From NCBI GenBank assembly GCA_021299465.1, contig JAJTHB010000022.1:25256-89255 (forward strand): a stretch of 64,000 nt of DNA, read 5' to 3'. Below the pieces are notes generated by a model. It saw only the letters and a list, made by a program, of their open reading frames with translations, was not told the DNA's origin and made no database searches. The position numbers and the translations under genes were made by a program. This document shows, in pieces, positions 62,660 through 64,000 of the stretch. Within the stretch, counting starts at the first letter, position 1. Every line of letters starts with the position of its first letter. Source of the stretch: Rickettsiales bacterium. Its GTDB lineage: Bacteria; Pseudomonadota; Alphaproteobacteria; Rickettsiales; SXRF01.

Positions 62660-62829
62660 GTAGCAGTTACTCCTTACGTCATCTAATTGACCATGATTCT
62701 AGCAAAGAGTACTTAATCATTTATGAAATGCTTAAATCACCAAATAGACTTGACTTTGTCCGGCAATCTAGTGTGATGGCGACTGATAATAAACCATAAA
62801 TATAGACTGATGCGTGCAATTTATCACAA

Positions 62830-63681
62830 ATGCATGCCATTGTTGCTTCCATGTCACATAGCGTTTCATTTGAATTTTTCCCCCCTAAAACTGAAGAGAT
62901 GGAACAGAAGCTATGGCAGGCAGTTTCTGAACTCTCGCCATTTTCGCCAAGCTTTGTATCGGTGACGTATGGTGCCGGTGGCTCCACCCGCGAACGCACC
63001 CATGCCATTGTGAAGAAAATGGCTGAGGAAACGACATTGAAACCAGCCGCGCACCTTACTTGCGTGAATGCCAGCCGCGAAGAAGTGGATGCAGTGGCCG
63101 ATGGCTATTGGCAGGCAGGTGTGCGCCATATCGTTGCGCTGCGCGGCGATCCGCCGCAGGGTATGGAGACTTACGAGCCCCATCCTGGCGGATATCGCTA
63201 TGCTAATGAGCTGGTGGCCGGCCTGAAAAAGCGCCATGATTTTGAAATCACCGTTGCAGCTTTTCCGGAAAAGCACCCGCAATCGATAAGCTTTGAGCAG
63301 GATATTGATGTGCTTAAGGCCAAGATCGATGCCGGAGCTACACGCGCCATCACCCAGTATTTTTTTGATACCACTCATTATGCGCGGTTTCTGGAACGTG
63401 TTCGCAGGGCGGGCATCACCATCCCCATTCTGCCTGGTGTGATTCCGATTGGAAATTTTGCGACAATCAAAAAATTCTCTACCCTCTGTGGTACCCATGT
63501 CCCACCGTGGCTGGAAGATATTTTTGCGCCGCTCGAACATCAACCCGAACTACGAAATCAAAGAGCGATCGAGGTTGCGATAAAGCAATGTGAGGAGCTT
63601 AAAGCGCTTGGCTGTGAGCAGCTGCATTTTTATACGCTCAACCGCGCAGACCTAACCAAGGCCATCTGCACAGCGATCTAA
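62830..63681 (+). CDS. metF: methylenetetrahydrofolate reductase
   Basis: 283 aa with the N-terminal SFEFFPPKT motif and a TIM-barrel MetF pattern. Confidence 0.9.
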   Translation: MHAIVASMSHSVSFEFFPPKTEEMEQKLWQAVSELSPFSPSFVSVTYGAGGSTRERTHAIVKKMAEETTLKPAAHLTCVNASREEVDAVADGYWQAGVRHIVALRGDPPQGMETYEPHPGGYRYANELVAGLKKRHDFEITVAAFPEKHPQSISFEQDIDVLKAKIDAGATRAITQYFFDTTHYARFLERVRRAGITIPILPGVIPIGNFATIKKFSTLCGTHVPPWLEDIFAPLEHQPELRNQRAIEVAIKQCEELKALGCEQLHFYTLNRADLTKAICTAI

Positions 63682-63694
63682 GTTTATTGCCGCG

Positions 63695-64000
63695 CTATTT
63701 TTTAGCAGCCGCCAGCTGAACCAGATCGCTGCGTGACTGGTCCATGGCAGCGGCGATGGCGCTGCTTTTCTGCATAGCGTTTTTGTTGATTAAAACCATG
63801 CGAGAGCCTGCGGCGGCGCTGCCATGTTCATCACGGTCGATTTTAAAATCATCGCCCGCTTTCAGGCCCGCATTTCGCAGTGCTATTACCAGTCGCTCGG
63901 CAAAATCAGGAAATACATTGCCGATGGTCAAATGATTGTCGGTGGCGTAGTCAAAAGTTGGCTTGTCGACATTGCTACCCAGATAGGCCTGGTGCGCACC
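63695..64000 (-). CDS. hypothetical protein (N-terminus off window)
   Basis: The minus frame stays open from stop 63695 to the window edge. The listed 78-aa ORF with a TTG start is probably only the C-terminal part. Confidence 0.45.
   Translation of the reverse strand, partial: GAHQAYLGSNVDKPTFDYATDNHLTIGNVFPDFAERLVIALRNAGLKAGDDFKIDRDEHGSAAAGSRMVLINKNAMQKSSAIAAAMDQSRSDLVQLAAAKK

Noticed and set aside
62660-62829. A possible SAM-type riboswitch upstream of metF, and a possible glycine riboswitch upstream of the AGCS symporter (59590-59691).
   Set aside because: I could not recognise the conserved cores of either riboswitch class by eye. A covariance-model scan (Rfam/Infernal) would be needed.

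Overview
This is a chromosomal segment of a Gram-negative bacterium, most likely an alphaproteobacterium. That assignment is an inference from gene content: the petABC bc1 operon, a membrane-anchored CycM-type cytochrome c, hda, glnD, lptD-surA, yfgM-like/bamB/der, and purMN divergent from a DUF2066-like/AI-2E/hda block. I count about 60 CDS and one tRNA-Arg(CCU). I saw no rRNA, CRISPR array, transposase or integrase. The housekeeping backbone is densely packed, with many overlapping or abutting stops, and small accessory patches interrupt it. These patches hold three paralogous oversized type IV pilin-like genes (two apparently co-transcribed with lptD-surA), an orphan HipA kinase, vapBC and RHH/parE toxin-antitoxin pairs, and several orphan genes with no recognisable family. 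The two most unusual observations follow. (1) An orphan 562-aa protein carries 8.5 near-identical 40-residue tandem repeats, with diversity concentrated at single positions. (2) There is a rich population of small structured repeats. One family is 113-119 nt long-hairpin elements, four of whose five copies sit just after stop codons and whose arms show compensatory substitutions. A second class is heptamer-array palindromes, several inserted in frame into essential genes (der, hemF, hom, ampG). A third is GTCATCC-type hairpin elements. Two local rearrangement scars are also visible: duplication of the der 3' end around a roughly 200-bp insert, and a diverged duplicate of the putA leader and N-terminus bracketing an AT-rich orphan gene. 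All functional calls rest on motif recognition by eye. No database search was run.
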